Source: an uncultured Gemmatimonadales bacterium (GTDB lineage Bacteria > Gemmatimonadota > Gemmatimonadetes > Gemmatimonadales > GWC2-71-9). From it: a stretch of DNA of 64,000 nt. The notes under the pieces are model-generated. The model was not told the origin of the DNA and searched no databases. It saw only the letters and a program-made list of their open reading frames with translations. The DNA is taken from NCBI GenBank assembly GCA_963828735.1, contig CAWHFW010000005.1, forward strand, positions 864,001 through 928,000. Reading direction: 5' to 3'. Shown in pieces: positions 1 to 9,756 of this stretch (position 1 is its first letter; the number at the start of each line of letters is the position of its first letter). The position numbers and the translations under genes are program-made.

Positions 1-1
1 C

Positions 2-112
2 CCGTATCACGTCAACGTCGGCATCCCTGCCAAGTCCATTCGCATCAAGCCCAACGCCCCCCCGGAGGCCTACGTCACCGAGCGCGTGGCCCACAGCCAT
101 ACGGAGAGCTGA
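2..112 (+). CDS. C-terminal fragment of a probable hexapeptide-repeat acyltransferase (5' end outside window)
   Basis: Frame 2 reads PYHVNVGIPAKSIRIKP...HTES*; GxPAK is the usual tail of left-handed beta-helix acyltransferases. Confidence 0.55.
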   Translation, partial: PYHVNVGIPAKSIRIKPNAPPEAYVTERVAHSHTES

Positions 113-2460
113 GTCTGACCCGGCCCCGCGAACGCTGGTACGCTTCCCCGTCCGCCCTCGTCGCGTGGGCGCTCCTGGCGAGCGCCCTGATCGGCATGCT
201 GGTCGGCGGGCTGCCCGGGCTCGTCACCGTCGCCTGCGGCATCGCTGCCGGCCTGGTCCTGCTGCTCACCGTCTGGCGCCGCGAGTGGGAGGTGCCCCTC
301 CACGCGTTCGCCGCGACCCTCCTTGGGGTGCTCGCCTGGCTGGCGAACGACCGGATCTGGTGGCTCGCGGTCGTCGCCGTGGTGACCATCGCCAGCAGCT
401 TCTGGGTCGCAATCGTGCGTGGCCGCCGCCGCCTCCGCGACGCCGAAACCAAGAGCGATCAGCTCGCGAGTCAGCTCGACCGGCGCATCAGTGAGCTGTT
501 CTCGCTCCAGGAGCTGAGCTATGTGCTCTCGGAGTCCATCCAGCTCGACCGCATCGTGGACCAGGTGGCCAAGTACGCCGGCCGCTTTCTCCAGGCGGAG
601 GGGGCGATCGTCGTGCTGGCGGACGACGATCGCGGCCGGTTCCTCCGCGTCGCGGGCGCGGCCGGCTCGCTCGAGCCGCTGATCGGCCAGGTGACCGAGG
701 ATCCCGACACGGCGCTGGTGCGCTTCGCGATGCAGCGCGAGCGGATCGAGGTGGCGCAGGGGGTGAACCTGCCGACTGTGAACCTCATCGGGGGCACCAT
801 GGTCCGTTCGGCCGCGGTCGCGCCGCTCCGCTCCCAGGGGGTCACCATGGGGGCGCTCGCGGTGGCGGACCGTTCGGGCGGCTCGTTCACGACCGAGGAC
901 CTGTGGCTGCTCTCCACCGTCGCCACGAATGCGTCGGTGGTCCTGGCCAACGGCCGGCTCTATGAGATCGTTCGCCGGAGCAAGGAGGAGTGGGAGACGG
1001 CGTTCAACGCGCTGGCCGAGGGGATCGCCGTGGTCGGTCCGGGCGATGCGGTGCTGCGGGCCAACCGCGCCCTGGCCGCGCTCACGGAGATGCCGGAGAG
1101 CGAGCTGGTCGGCCGGAGCTTTACCGAGACCTTGCTCGGCACGTCCGAGTCGGTCACGCAGCTCATCGCCTCGTCGCACCTGGGCGAGCGGACGGCATCG
1201 GTCGTGACCCGCCTGGAGCGCACCGGGCGGGTCCTGCGCATCACCGCCGCCCCCTTTGCCGAGCGGGCCGGACGGGTGGTCCTGCTGGTGGAAGACGTCA
1301 CCGAGCAGCGCATCATGGAGGCGCAGCTCATCCAGAACGACAAGATGGCGTCCATCGGCCAGCTCGTCTCCGGCGTGGCCCACGAGCTCAACAATCCCCT
1401 GACGTCCATCGCGGGCCTCACCGAGCTGCTGCTCGAGCGGGAGCTGCCTCCCGACGTGCCGCGCGAGCACCTGCGGGTCATCCACGACCAGGCCGAGCGG
1501 GCCGGCCGCATCGTGCGCAACCTCCTCACGTTCGCCCGAAAGGGGGTGCCCGAGAAGACGCCGGTGGATCTCAACGACGTCGCCGCGCGCACCGCATTGC
1601 TCATCGTGTACGAGCTCCAGGTGCACGGCATCGAGCTCGACCAGTTGTTGAGCCCCGAGGCGGTGGTGGTCCTGGGCGATCGCCACGAGCTTCAGCAGGT
1701 GCTGCTCAATCTGATCACCAACGCCGTCCAGGCGGTGAGCGGCCTTCCGGCCGGCGCTCAGCGCCGGATCACCATCTCGACCGTCCGCGACGACGGCCAG
1801 GCGATTCTCCGCGTGCGCGACACGGGGCCGGGCGTGCCACCCGAGCATGCCACGTCGCTGTTCACCCCGTTCTTCACGACGAAGGCAGCGGGCCAGGGAA
1901 CCGGGCTGGGACTGTCCCTGAGCTACGGTCTGGTGAAAGCGCACGGAGGCGTGCTGAGCTACGAGCCCCCGGTCGACGGCGGGGCGGAGTTCCGGGTCGC
2001 GCTTCCCTTGCACGACGCGCCCTCCGACGTGGCCGAGACCGAGCCACTGGCTCCGCCGCGGGAGACCCGCCGTGTGCTGGTGGTCGACGCCGACCCGGGC
2101 GTGCATCGGTTGGTGAACGCGCTGCTGTCGCCGGATGGGATCGAGGTGGAGTCGGTGCGAGCGGGTGAGCAGGGACTGCGGCTGGCGGGTGAGCGGAACT
2201 ACGATCTCATCATCGCGGACGCGCGCGCCACCACGGGCGCGACCGAGCTCTTCGTCCACGCGCTCGCGGCGGCCTCCCCCGCCGCCGTGGATCGCCTGGT
2301 GCTGACGTACACCGGCCAGCCTGAGCCACCCGATCCGCTCCCCGACCGGATTGTGCCGCGCGCGCAGAAGCCGTTCAACCTTCGCGATCTGCACGCGCTG
2401 GCGTCGCAGATGCTCGCTAGTAGCCCGCCTCGCTCGCCGGCTTCCAGGGCAGCACGCTGA
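109..2460 (+). CDS. Membrane-bound hybrid sensor histidine kinase (TM-GAF-PAS-HisKA-HATPase-atypical REC)
   Basis: H-box GVAHELNNPL, N-box QVLLNLITNA, G-boxes DTGPG and GTGLGL; hydrophobic N-terminus; frame is open from CTG 109 (ATG alternative at 196). Confidence 0.9.
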   Translation: MSLTRPRERWYASPSALVAWALLASALIGMLVGGLPGLVTVACGIAAGLVLLLTVWRREWEVPLHAFAATLLGVLAWLANDRIWWLAVVAVVTIASSFWVAIVRGRRRLRDAETKSDQLASQLDRRISELFSLQELSYVLSESIQLDRIVDQVAKYAGRFLQAEGAIVVLADDDRGRFLRVAGAAGSLEPLIGQVTEDPDTALVRFAMQRERIEVAQGVNLPTVNLIGGTMVRSAAVAPLRSQGVTMGALAVADRSGGSFTTEDLWLLSTVATNASVVLANGRLYEIVRRSKEEWETAFNALAEGIAVVGPGDAVLRANRALAALTEMPESELVGRSFTETLLGTSESVTQLIASSHLGERTASVVTRLERTGRVLRITAAPFAERAGRVVLLVEDVTEQRIMEAQLIQNDKMASIGQLVSGVAHELNNPLTSIAGLTELLLERELPPDVPREHLRVIHDQAERAGRIVRNLLTFARKGVPEKTPVDLNDVAARTALLIVYELQVHGIELDQLLSPEAVVVLGDRHELQQVLLNLITNAVQAVSGLPAGAQRRITISTVRDDGQAILRVRDTGPGVPPEHATSLFTPFFTTKAAGQGTGLGLSLSYGLVKAHGGVLSYEPPVDGGAEFRVALPLHDAPSDVAETEPLAPPRETRRVLVVDADPGVHRLVNALLSPDGIEVESVRAGEQGLRLAGERNYDLIIADARATTGATELFVHALAAASPAAVDRLVLTYTGQPEPPDPLPDRIVPRAQKPFNLRDLHALASQMLASSPPRSPASRAAR

Positions 2461-3811
2461 CCCGACCACGGACCTTCGCGGCGGCGCGGGGCGCGTCAGG
2501 CGTCGCCCAGTAGTTGCCGCCGGCCACCAGGTCCGGGGCGTCGATGAACCAGCGCGACGCGCGAAGGAAGACGTTCCCGCTCACCTCCGCGTCGTGGCCT
2601 GTGCCGTCCACCACGAGGCCGTCGCCCACGCCGTCGAACACGTTGCCCCGCACCCGGCTGTCGCTCACCCTCCGCAGGACGACGCCCTGGCCCACCCCGT
2701 TCAGCAGGTTGTCGTCGATGCGGTAGCCGCGCCCGGGCAGCTTGGCGCCTGCATCGGTCGTGATCCGGATGCCGAGCGGGCCTCCGAGGATCACGTTGGC
2801 CTCGAGGCCCGTGTCGCCGCCATTGGTGACGTCGATCCCCGCTCGTCGAGCCCCGATGACCGTATTGCCGCGGAGAAGGCCGCCTTTGAGCCGCTGCAGC
2901 TCGAAGCCCGCGGCGGCGCTGTCCACCCGGTTTTCGAGGAAGCTCACGTTCCAGGTGACCCGCGCCGCGAAACCGACGACCGTCGCGAGCGACGCGTCGT
3001 TCCGGTAGACCAGATTGCCGATCGACGGCTGCGTGAGCGGCGACTGCCCTGTCACCAGCACGCCGATCGTGGAGGCGGTGAGGTCGTTCTCGGCGATCGT
3101 GTTCGAGTCGCTGCCCTCCCGGAGCAGGATCGCCGCGGCGGAGCAGTCGGTGTCGAAACCCGGGCACCGCCGGGTGCGCGAGGCGTCGTTCCGGAGAATG
3201 GTGTTGCGACTCGAGCGGAAGAGGTGGATCGCCCAGCCGCTGTTGTCCGCCAGATCGTTGTCGGCCACGTACGACTCGCTGGCGTCCACCAGGCCGATTC
3301 CGTTCTGGCCGCCATGGGCGATGATGCTCGTGACGGAGGCGCCCGTCGTCCCGCGAAGCATGAGCCCGGCGCCGTACAGATCGGATGCGTCGAGCCGGCC
3401 GACGTCCAGGCGATCCAGGGAGTCGAAGTGCTCCGCTGTCGAGCGCAGGAGCTGACGCCGGCTGGCCGAGACGTCGATGCCGCTCAGGCGGTGGTTGCGC
3501 CCGCCCTCGAGGCGCACGCCATACCGGTAGCCGCGGATCACGCCGCCCAGCACCGTGACACCGTCCACGCCCCGGCTCGCGACGCCGATGCCCACATATC
3601 GCGCGGGGACGGAGTCCCCGCTCTCGATGGTGACGCCGCTCAGGTCGATCCGCGTGCCGGACGACGCGGCCACCAGGACGCCGCGTTCCGTCGGGTCGGC
3701 GATCCGATAGTGGCCGGGGCAGACGCGGACGTCGCCCTGGACCTGGGTTCCGGCGCGGGTCAGGCGTACGCAGGGCGCGGCGGCGAGGGCGAGAAGCAGC
3801 AGGGCGATCAC
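2417..3811 (-). CDS. Secreted right-handed parallel beta-helix (NosD/pectate-lyase-like) protein
   Basis: Signal peptide [12 protein letters not shown]; repeated GIxL...NxIxxN turns. Confidence 0.75.
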   Translation of the reverse strand: MIALLLLALAAAPCVRLTRAGTQVQGDVRVCPGHYRIADPTERGVLVAASSGTRIDLSGVTIESGDSVPARYVGIGVASRGVDGVTVLGGVIRGYRYGVRLEGGRNHRLSGIDVSASRRQLLRSTAEHFDSLDRLDVGRLDASDLYGAGLMLRGTTGASVTSIIAHGGQNGIGLVDASESYVADNDLADNSGWAIHLFRSSRNTILRNDASRTRRCPGFDTDCSAAAILLREGSDSNTIAENDLTASTIGVLVTGQSPLTQPSIGNLVYRNDASLATVVGFAARVTWNVSFLENRVDSAAAGFELQRLKGGLLRGNTVIGARRAGIDVTNGGDTGLEANVILGGPLGIRITTDAGAKLPGRGYRIDDNLLNGVGQGVVLRRVSDSRVRGNVFDGVGDGLVVDGTGHDAEVSGNVFLRASRWFIDAPDLVAGGNYWATPDAPRAAAKVRGRVSVLPWKPASEAGY

Positions 3812-4560
3812 GGTCGCACCGGGTAGCCGCGCTCGCGGAGATAGGCCCGCGCCTCGGGAAGCGTGGAGCCTTGAAAGTGGAAGATGGTGGCCGCGAGCAC
3901 GCCGTGCGCGCCCACCTCGAATGCCTCGGCCAGGTGCTCCAGGCGGCCGGCGCCCCCCGACGCGATCACGGGAATGGAGACCGCCTCCGACGCCGCTCGA
4001 ATGAGCGGGAGGTCGTAGCCCTCGCCGGTGCCGTCGCGATCCATCGACGTGAGAAGGATCTCCCCGGCGCCGAGGCCCTCGAGCTGGCGGATCCAGTCAA
4101 TCGCCTCGAGCGGGGTCGCCTCGCGACCGCCATTGACCATCACGGCGAGCCGTCCATCGCGCCGCGTCACATCCACCGCCGCCACCACGCACTGCGACCC
4201 GAAGTTCTCCGCGAGCCGGGCCACGATGGAGGGATCGCGCACCGCCGCGGTATTGATCGACACCTTGTCCGCTCCGGCGCGAAGCGCGGCCCCGGCGTCG
4301 GCCACCGCCCGAATGCCGCCGCCGACGGTGAAGGGGATAAAGATGGATTCCGCGACCCGCTCGACCATCTCGAGCGTGGTGCGCCGCGCCTCGGGACTGG
4401 CCGAGATGTCGAGAAAGACGAGCTCATCCGCCCCGTCGGCATCGTACCGCGCGGCCTGCTCCACCGGATCGCCGGCGTCACGGAGGGTGGTGAAATGCAC
4501 GCCCTTGACCACACGGCCGCCCGCCACGTCGAGACAGGGAATGATGCGACGGGCTAGCAT
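3808..4560 (-). CDS. hisF: Imidazole glycerol phosphate synthase, cyclase subunit
   Basis: [51 protein letters not shown]. Confidence 0.97.
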   Translation of the reverse strand: MLARRIIPCLDVAGGRVVKGVHFTTLRDAGDPVEQAARYDADGADELVFLDISASPEARRTTLEMVERVAESIFIPFTVGGGIRAVADAGAALRAGADKVSINTAAVRDPSIVARLAENFGSQCVVAAVDVTRRDGRLAVMVNGGREATPLEAIDWIRQLEGLGAGEILLTSMDRDGTGEGYDLPLIRAASEAVSIPVIASGGAGRLEHLAEAFEVGAHGVLAATIFHFQGSTLPEARAYLRERGYPVRP

Positions 4561-5030
4561 ACGCGAAGGACGTCCTCCACCGTCCCCGCCTCTCCCGAGC
4601 CGAGGAGCGCCACGACGTCCTCCAGCGCGCGGCGCTCGCGGGGCCACGCGAATCGTCGCCCGGCCTGGGCCGGCGCGAGCCACTCGAACCCGTCGTGCTC
4701 GTTGCCGGTGCGGACGGCGGAGGCGGCCTCGACGAACGCGGCGAACACCGGCACGAGCGCCACCTCGTCGAGCCGGTGCTGATAGAACGTTTCGACCCGG
4801 CTCAGATTGTACAGACGCTCGGGCACGAGTCCCGTCTCCTCAGCCAGCTCCCGACGCGCCGCCTCGCCCGGAGTCTCGCCCGGCTCGATGTGGCCATGCA
4901 CCGCTTCCCACGAGCCGGGGCACCGGCCGCCGGCGGCGCGACGGAGCACCAGGCACTCCAGGGACGGGCCCGCACCGCGGAGCACGTACAGGTCCACCAG
5001 GGACACCCGCACCGAGGTCACGGGCGCCAC
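4554..5030 (-). CDS. NUDIX hydrolase (NudB-like)
   Basis: Nudix box [26 protein letters not shown] tail. Confidence 0.9.
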   Translation of the reverse strand: MAPVTSVRVSLVDLYVLRGAGPSLECLVLRRAAGGRCPGSWEAVHGHIEPGETPGEAARRELAEETGLVPERLYNLSRVETFYQHRLDEVALVPVFAAFVEAASAVRTGNEHDGFEWLAPAQAGRRFAWPRERRALEDVVALLGSGEAGTVEDVLRVC

Positions 5031-5638
5031 CGCACGAACGCGTCGAGCAGCTCGATGCCGGCGCGCTGCGACTTCTCGGGGTGGAACTGCGCGCCCACCA
5101 CGTTCTCGCGTCCCACGATCGTGGGGAAGAGGCCGTCGTAGGTGCCGGTGGCCAGCACGTCGTCGTCGGTCACCTCGGCGGGGTGATAGCTGTGGACGTG
5201 ATAGAAGTACTGCGGTTGCCCGCGGAACACGCCGGCGAGCATCGGGTGGTTCGCCCCCGCGGTCGTCGGGTCGACGCGTGCCCAGCCCACGTGCGGCACG
5301 GATAGGGTCGTCTCGAACCGGACCACCCGTCCAGGCAGGATGCCGAGCCCCCGCGCCTCGGGGGCCTCGGCGCTCGATGCGAAGAAGAGTTGAAGCCCGA
5401 GGCAGATGCCCATGACCGCCTGGCCGCCCGCCGCCACCTCCCGCACCGCGGCGCCGAGGCCCGTGGCCTCGAGCGTTCGGGAAGCCTGGCCGAAATGCCC
5501 CACGCCGGGCATCACGACGTGGTCCGCCGCCCGGACGACGTCGGGGTCGGAGGCGAGCGTCGCCGTGTGGCCGCCCGCGGCGAGGGCCCGCACCACGCTC
5601 GCGAGGTTGTTCACGCCGTAATCCACTACGACGATCAC
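5018..5638 (-). CDS. hisH: Imidazole glycerol phosphate synthase, glutaminase subunit
   Basis: VVDYGVNNL, MPGVG, GICLGLQ, HSY, QFHPEKS; GTG start overlaps the hisB stop. Confidence 0.96.
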   Translation of the reverse strand: MIVVVDYGVNNLASVVRALAAGGHTATLASDPDVVRAADHVVMPGVGHFGQASRTLEATGLGAAVREVAAGGQAVMGICLGLQLFFASSAEAPEARGLGILPGRVVRFETTLSVPHVGWARVDPTTAGANHPMLAGVFRGQPQYFYHVHSYHPAEVTDDDVLATGTYDGLFPTIVGRENVVGAQFHPEKSQRAGIELLDAFVRWRP

Positions 5639-6225
5639 AAGGCGCCTTTCGTCGACGGCACGCCCACGACCCTGGGATCGATGCTCGTCGCGCCGTCGAG
5701 CGCCCGCGCGAATGCCTTGAACGCCGCCTCCACGATGTGGTGCGGATTGTCGCCGCGGATCAAGTCCATGTGGACGGTGAGCCCCGCGTTGAGCACGACC
5801 GCGCGGAAGAACTCGGGCGTGAGGAAGACATCGTAGTCGCCCAGCAGCTGCCACTTGGGAATGTCGATGGCGTAGGACAAGTACGGCCGGCCCGACACGT
5901 CCACGACCGCGCGGACCAGCGCTTCGTCGAGCGGCACCAGCGCGTCCGCGTAGCGCCGGATGCCGGCCCGATCGCCCAGCGCGCGCTCGAGCGCCATGCC
6001 GATCGCGATGCCGGTGTCCTCCACGGTGTGGTGCCCGTCCACGTGCAGGTCGCCCCGGGCCTCGACCGTGAGGTCGAGCAGCGCGTGGCGGGCGAACGCG
6101 TCGAGCATGTGATCGAAAAACCCGATGCCGGTGTGCACGGTCGACGCGCCGCTGCCGTCGAGCGACACGACGACGTGGAGATCGGTCTCCTTGGTCGTGC
6201 GGCGGATCTCGCCGATGCGCGGCAT
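5635..6225 (-). CDS. hisB: Imidazoleglycerol-phosphate dehydratase
   Basis: RTTKETD, TGIGFFDHML, DGHHTVED, NPHHIVEAAFK, PSTKG. Confidence 0.97.
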   Translation of the reverse strand: MPRIGEIRRTTKETDLHVVVSLDGSGASTVHTGIGFFDHMLDAFARHALLDLTVEARGDLHVDGHHTVEDTGIAIGMALERALGDRAGIRRYADALVPLDEALVRAVVDVSGRPYLSYAIDIPKWQLLGDYDVFLTPEFFRAVVLNAGLTVHMDLIRGDNPHHIVEAAFKAFARALDGATSIDPRVVGVPSTKGAL

Positions 6226-6286
6226 GGTTACCTCGATCCTTGCGGGACGGCGAGCGGAGATGTTCGAAACACGCGCGTGCGGCGGG

Positions 6287-7453
6287 TCACGGCGCGCTCC
6301 CGACGATCGCCGCGAGCCCGTCCACGACGGCATCCACGTCCTCCGCGCTGCCGACGGAGATCCGAAGGCATTGCGACAGTTCGCTCGCGCCCGACACGTC
6401 ACGCACCAGGATGCCGTGCTCCTCGAGCAGGCGCCGGAACACCTCGCGCGCCGGGTGCCGGAGGCACCGGATCAGCACGAAGTTGGCCGCGCTCGGATAG
6501 ACTGCGAGCGCCGACAGCGCCGAGAGCCGGCTCACGAGGCGGTCGCGCTGCTCCACGATGAGGCGGACCCGCGCCGCGAGCTCGTCCCCGTGCCGGAGCG
6601 CGGCGGCTGCGGCCGCGAGGGTCACGACGTTGATGTTGTACGGCAGCTTCCCCTTCGCGAGCTCACGGGCCACCGCCGGATGCGCCAGCGCCAGGCCGAA
6701 CCGGAGCCCGGCCATGCTCAGGGCCTTCGAGAAGGTGCGGAGCACGACCACCCGGGAGCTGTGCCGGAGCAGTGGCAGGGCGGTCGGTCCGCCGAACTCC
6801 TGATAGGCCTCGTCGCACACCACCAGGGCGCCCGTCTCCTCCAGGAGGCGCTCGACCGCGCCGTCGGGCAAGGCGGAGCCCGTCGGGTTGTTCGGCGAGT
6901 TGAGGATGACCAGGCGCGCCCGCTCGCCCACCGCGGTCTCGATCAGCGCGTCCACGTCGTACGAGAAGTCCGGCCCGAGCGGCACGGGCCGGTATTTCCC
7001 GCCGAGCACGCTGGTGAGCAGCCGGTACAGCGAGAACGTCGGAGTGGGCGCCACGACGACGTCGCCGGGCCCCAGCGTGGTGGCCAGGATCGCCTGGATG
7101 AGCTCGTTGGACCCGTTGCCCACCAGCACGCCGTCCGGGGTCCAGCCGTAGCGGGCGGCGAGGGCCGCGAGCAGCTCCGGGGGCGCGAAATCCGGATACC
7201 GGTGCCAGGCGGCCGCCTCCGCCGCCGCGAGCACCTCACGCTTGAGGGCCGGCGGCACATCCCACGGACTCTCGTTCTGGTTGAGCTTCCTCCGCGCAGG
7301 CGGCGCGCTCAGGGTGTACGCCGTCTGGGCGCGCACCGCCGGCTTGATCAGCGCCAAGCCTTCGGCGCCGTCGGACGACCCGCCCGCCGGACTGGAATCG
7401 GGCGAGCTGGGTGGTCGGACGACGTCTGATGCGGAAGTAGGTGGCCTGCTCAA
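6287..7453 (-). CDS. hisC: Histidinol-phosphate aminotransferase
   Basis: KLNQNESP, GNGSNELI, SPNNPTG, DEAY, RTFSKALSMAGLRFG; exact start uncertain. Confidence 0.93.
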   Translation of the reverse strand: MSRPPTSASDVVRPPSSPDSSPAGGSSDGAEGLALIKPAVRAQTAYTLSAPPARRKLNQNESPWDVPPALKREVLAAAEAAAWHRYPDFAPPELLAALAARYGWTPDGVLVGNGSNELIQAILATTLGPGDVVVAPTPTFSLYRLLTSVLGGKYRPVPLGPDFSYDVDALIETAVGERARLVILNSPNNPTGSALPDGAVERLLEETGALVVCDEAYQEFGGPTALPLLRHSSRVVVLRTFSKALSMAGLRFGLALAHPAVARELAKGKLPYNINVVTLAAAAAALRHGDELAARVRLIVEQRDRLVSRLSALSALAVYPSAANFVLIRCLRHPAREVFRRLLEEHGILVRDVSGASELSQCLRISVGSAEDVDAVVDGLAAIVGSAP

Positions 7454-9684
7454 GCGCGGCGTCGGCCGAGCACGGCCTCGAGGCGCGCGGCCAGCGCGCG
7501 GGCCCGGAACGGCTTGGTCATGAAGTCATCGGCGCCGAGCTCGAAGACGCGGACCTCGTTGTCCTCGTCGCCCTTCGCCGTCAGCACCACCACCGGAATT
7601 CCGCGGGTAACCGGCCGCGACCGTAGCTGCTGCAGCACGCTATACCCATCGAGGCCGGGCAGGTTCAGGTCGAGAACGATGATGTCCGGCGCGTGGCGAT
7701 CCACCTCGTCCAGGGCCTGAACGCCGTCGCGCGCCTCCGAGACCAGGTAGCCCTCGCGCTCGAGCAGATCTTTCATCACCCGGCGAAGCTGCTCCTCGTC
7801 CTCCACGAGCAGGACCTTGGTCTCCCTGCCCCGGGCGATGCTCCCGGCCTCGGGCGCGCCGGGCCCCTCCACCAGCTCCATTTCCATCGTGAAGTCGAGC
7901 GAGGGGACCGCACCCGGCGTCGCGGGTCCGACCGGGGGCGGTGTGGCTGCGGCCGGCCGCTCCTCGCGCCGGGCCGGCGGCTCGGCGGGCGTGCTGGCCC
8001 GTTCCATCGGCACGTCCGTGACCCGCAGCAGCTCCTCCATGGTCGACTCGCCGGCCAGGACGTGATGCAACCCGCTCGCCCACAGCGAGCGCATCCCACC
8101 TCGCCGTGCCGCCTCGGCGATCTGCTCGGCGGTGGCGCCCTGTCCGATCTTCCGCTCGATCTCGCCGTTCACGGTCAGCACCTCCATGATGCTGAACCGG
8201 CCCCGATAGCCGGTCTGTACGCACTCGGGGCAGCCAACACCCTCGTAGAGCGTCGTGCCGGCGGGGATGAACCGCGCCACGCGTTCGGACACGGGCCCGG
8301 CGGCGGGGCGGCGGCAGGCGCGGCAGAGCCGTCGCATGAGCCGCTGCGCGAGGACGCCGCGAAGCGCGGAGGCGATCTTGTACGGCTCCATGCCCATGTC
8401 CACGAGCCGCGTGACCGCGTTCGGCGCGTCGTTGGTGTGGAGCGTGGACAGGACGAGGTGGCCGGTGAGTGACGCCTGGAGCGCGATCTGCGCCGTCTCC
8501 TGGTCGCGGATCTCGCCGATCAGCACCACGTCCGGGTCCTGGCGGAGAATCGAGCGCAGCGCCGAGGCGAACGTGAGCCCGGCCTTCTCGTGCACCTGCA
8601 CCTGGACGATGTTCTCGCCGAGCCGGTACTCGACCGGGTCCTCGACCGTGACGATGTTGACGCCCTCGCTCTGGATCAGGCGGATCGCGGAGTAGAGCGT
8701 CGTCGTCTTGCCGGACCCCGTGGGGCCCGTGACGAGCAGGATGCCCTCCTTCGCCGAGAGGAGGTTCCGGATCGCGTCCTGCTCCTCCGTGTGCAACCCG
8801 AGCGCGTCCAGGCTGAGCACGGTGGTCCGCTGGCTCAGGATGCGGATCACGACCTTCTCGCCGAGCGAAGCCGGCAGGGTCGAGACGCGGAGATCCACCG
8901 CCTCCCCGTTGACGCTCACGCGCGCGCGGCCGTCCTGCGGCCGGAGCCGGTCGGCGATATCGAGCCCGGACATGATCTTGATGCGCGAGATGAGCGGAAT
9001 CCCGGCGTTCCGCGGGATCTTCATGACCTGCCGGAGGACGCCGTCGATGCGGTACCGTACGACGACGCCGCCTTCGATGGGCTCGACGTGGATGTCGCTC
9101 GCCCGACTGGTCACGCCGTCGGCCAGCATCACGTCGACCAGGCGGATGATCGGCCGCTGGCTCGCCTCCTCGGCGCTCGCGCCGGTCTCCTCCTCGACTT
9201 CCTGCAGCTCCTTGACCTCGAAGTCCCCGCCGATGCCCTCGAGCAGGCGGTTCACCACGTCATCGTTCCGGTACATCTCGTCCAGCCGATGCCGGATCGT
9301 CGTGGGTGAGGCGAGCAGCATGCGGACTTCACGCCCCGTCGCGAACGCCAGCATCTTCTCGGCGTCGATGTCGAACGGATTGGCCGTGGCGATCTCGAGA
9401 TAGGAGTCGGTCTGGCCGACGGGGACCACGTTGAACCGCCGGGCCACCTGCTCGGGCACCGCCTGTTGCAGCTTGGGATCGAGGCGGCTCAGGTCGGCCA
9501 CGGGAATCCGGAACCGCTTGGCGACGGCCTGGAGGAGATCGGCGTCAGCCATGAGCTTGCGCTGAACTAGGATCTCCCACAACGCGCCGGGCGCGGGCGC
9601 GGGCTCCTGGCGGATGGCTGCGACGGTGCCCTCGGGCAGGAGGGGCTCGATCGTGTGGACCAGCCATTCGTCGGTGAACTGCAT
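7450..9684 (-). CDS. GspE/PilB-family secretion ATPase fused to a C-terminal response-regulator receiver domain
   Basis: ASDIHVEP, RPQDGR, Walker A GPTGSGKTTT, EDPVE, RQDPD, TLHTN, CRAC/CPEC; REC motifs VLLVED, IVLDL, LTAK, KPF. Confidence 0.93.
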   Translation of the reverse strand: MQFTDEWLVHTIEPLLPEGTVAAIRQEPAPAPGALWEILVQRKLMADADLLQAVAKRFRIPVADLSRLDPKLQQAVPEQVARRFNVVPVGQTDSYLEIATANPFDIDAEKMLAFATGREVRMLLASPTTIRHRLDEMYRNDDVVNRLLEGIGGDFEVKELQEVEEETGASAEEASQRPIIRLVDVMLADGVTSRASDIHVEPIEGGVVVRYRIDGVLRQVMKIPRNAGIPLISRIKIMSGLDIADRLRPQDGRARVSVNGEAVDLRVSTLPASLGEKVVIRILSQRTTVLSLDALGLHTEEQDAIRNLLSAKEGILLVTGPTGSGKTTTLYSAIRLIQSEGVNIVTVEDPVEYRLGENIVQVQVHEKAGLTFASALRSILRQDPDVVLIGEIRDQETAQIALQASLTGHLVLSTLHTNDAPNAVTRLVDMGMEPYKIASALRGVLAQRLMRRLCRACRRPAAGPVSERVARFIPAGTTLYEGVGCPECVQTGYRGRFSIMEVLTVNGEIERKIGQGATAEQIAEAARRGGMRSLWASGLHHVLAGESTMEELLRVTDVPMERASTPAEPPARREERPAAATPPPVGPATPGAVPSLDFTMEMELVEGPGAPEAGSIARGRETKVLLVEDEEQLRRVMKDLLEREGYLVSEARDGVQALDEVDRHAPDIIVLDLNLPGLDGYSVLQQLRSRPVTRGIPVVVLTAKGDEDNEVRVFELGADDFMTKPFRARALAARLEAVLGRRRA

Positions 9685-9756
9685 CGATCGGCTCTTGGCG
9701 GTTGTGAGAGAAGGCGGGCCGGGCGGCGTGGGAGGCCGTTTCGGAAGATAAGAGGG

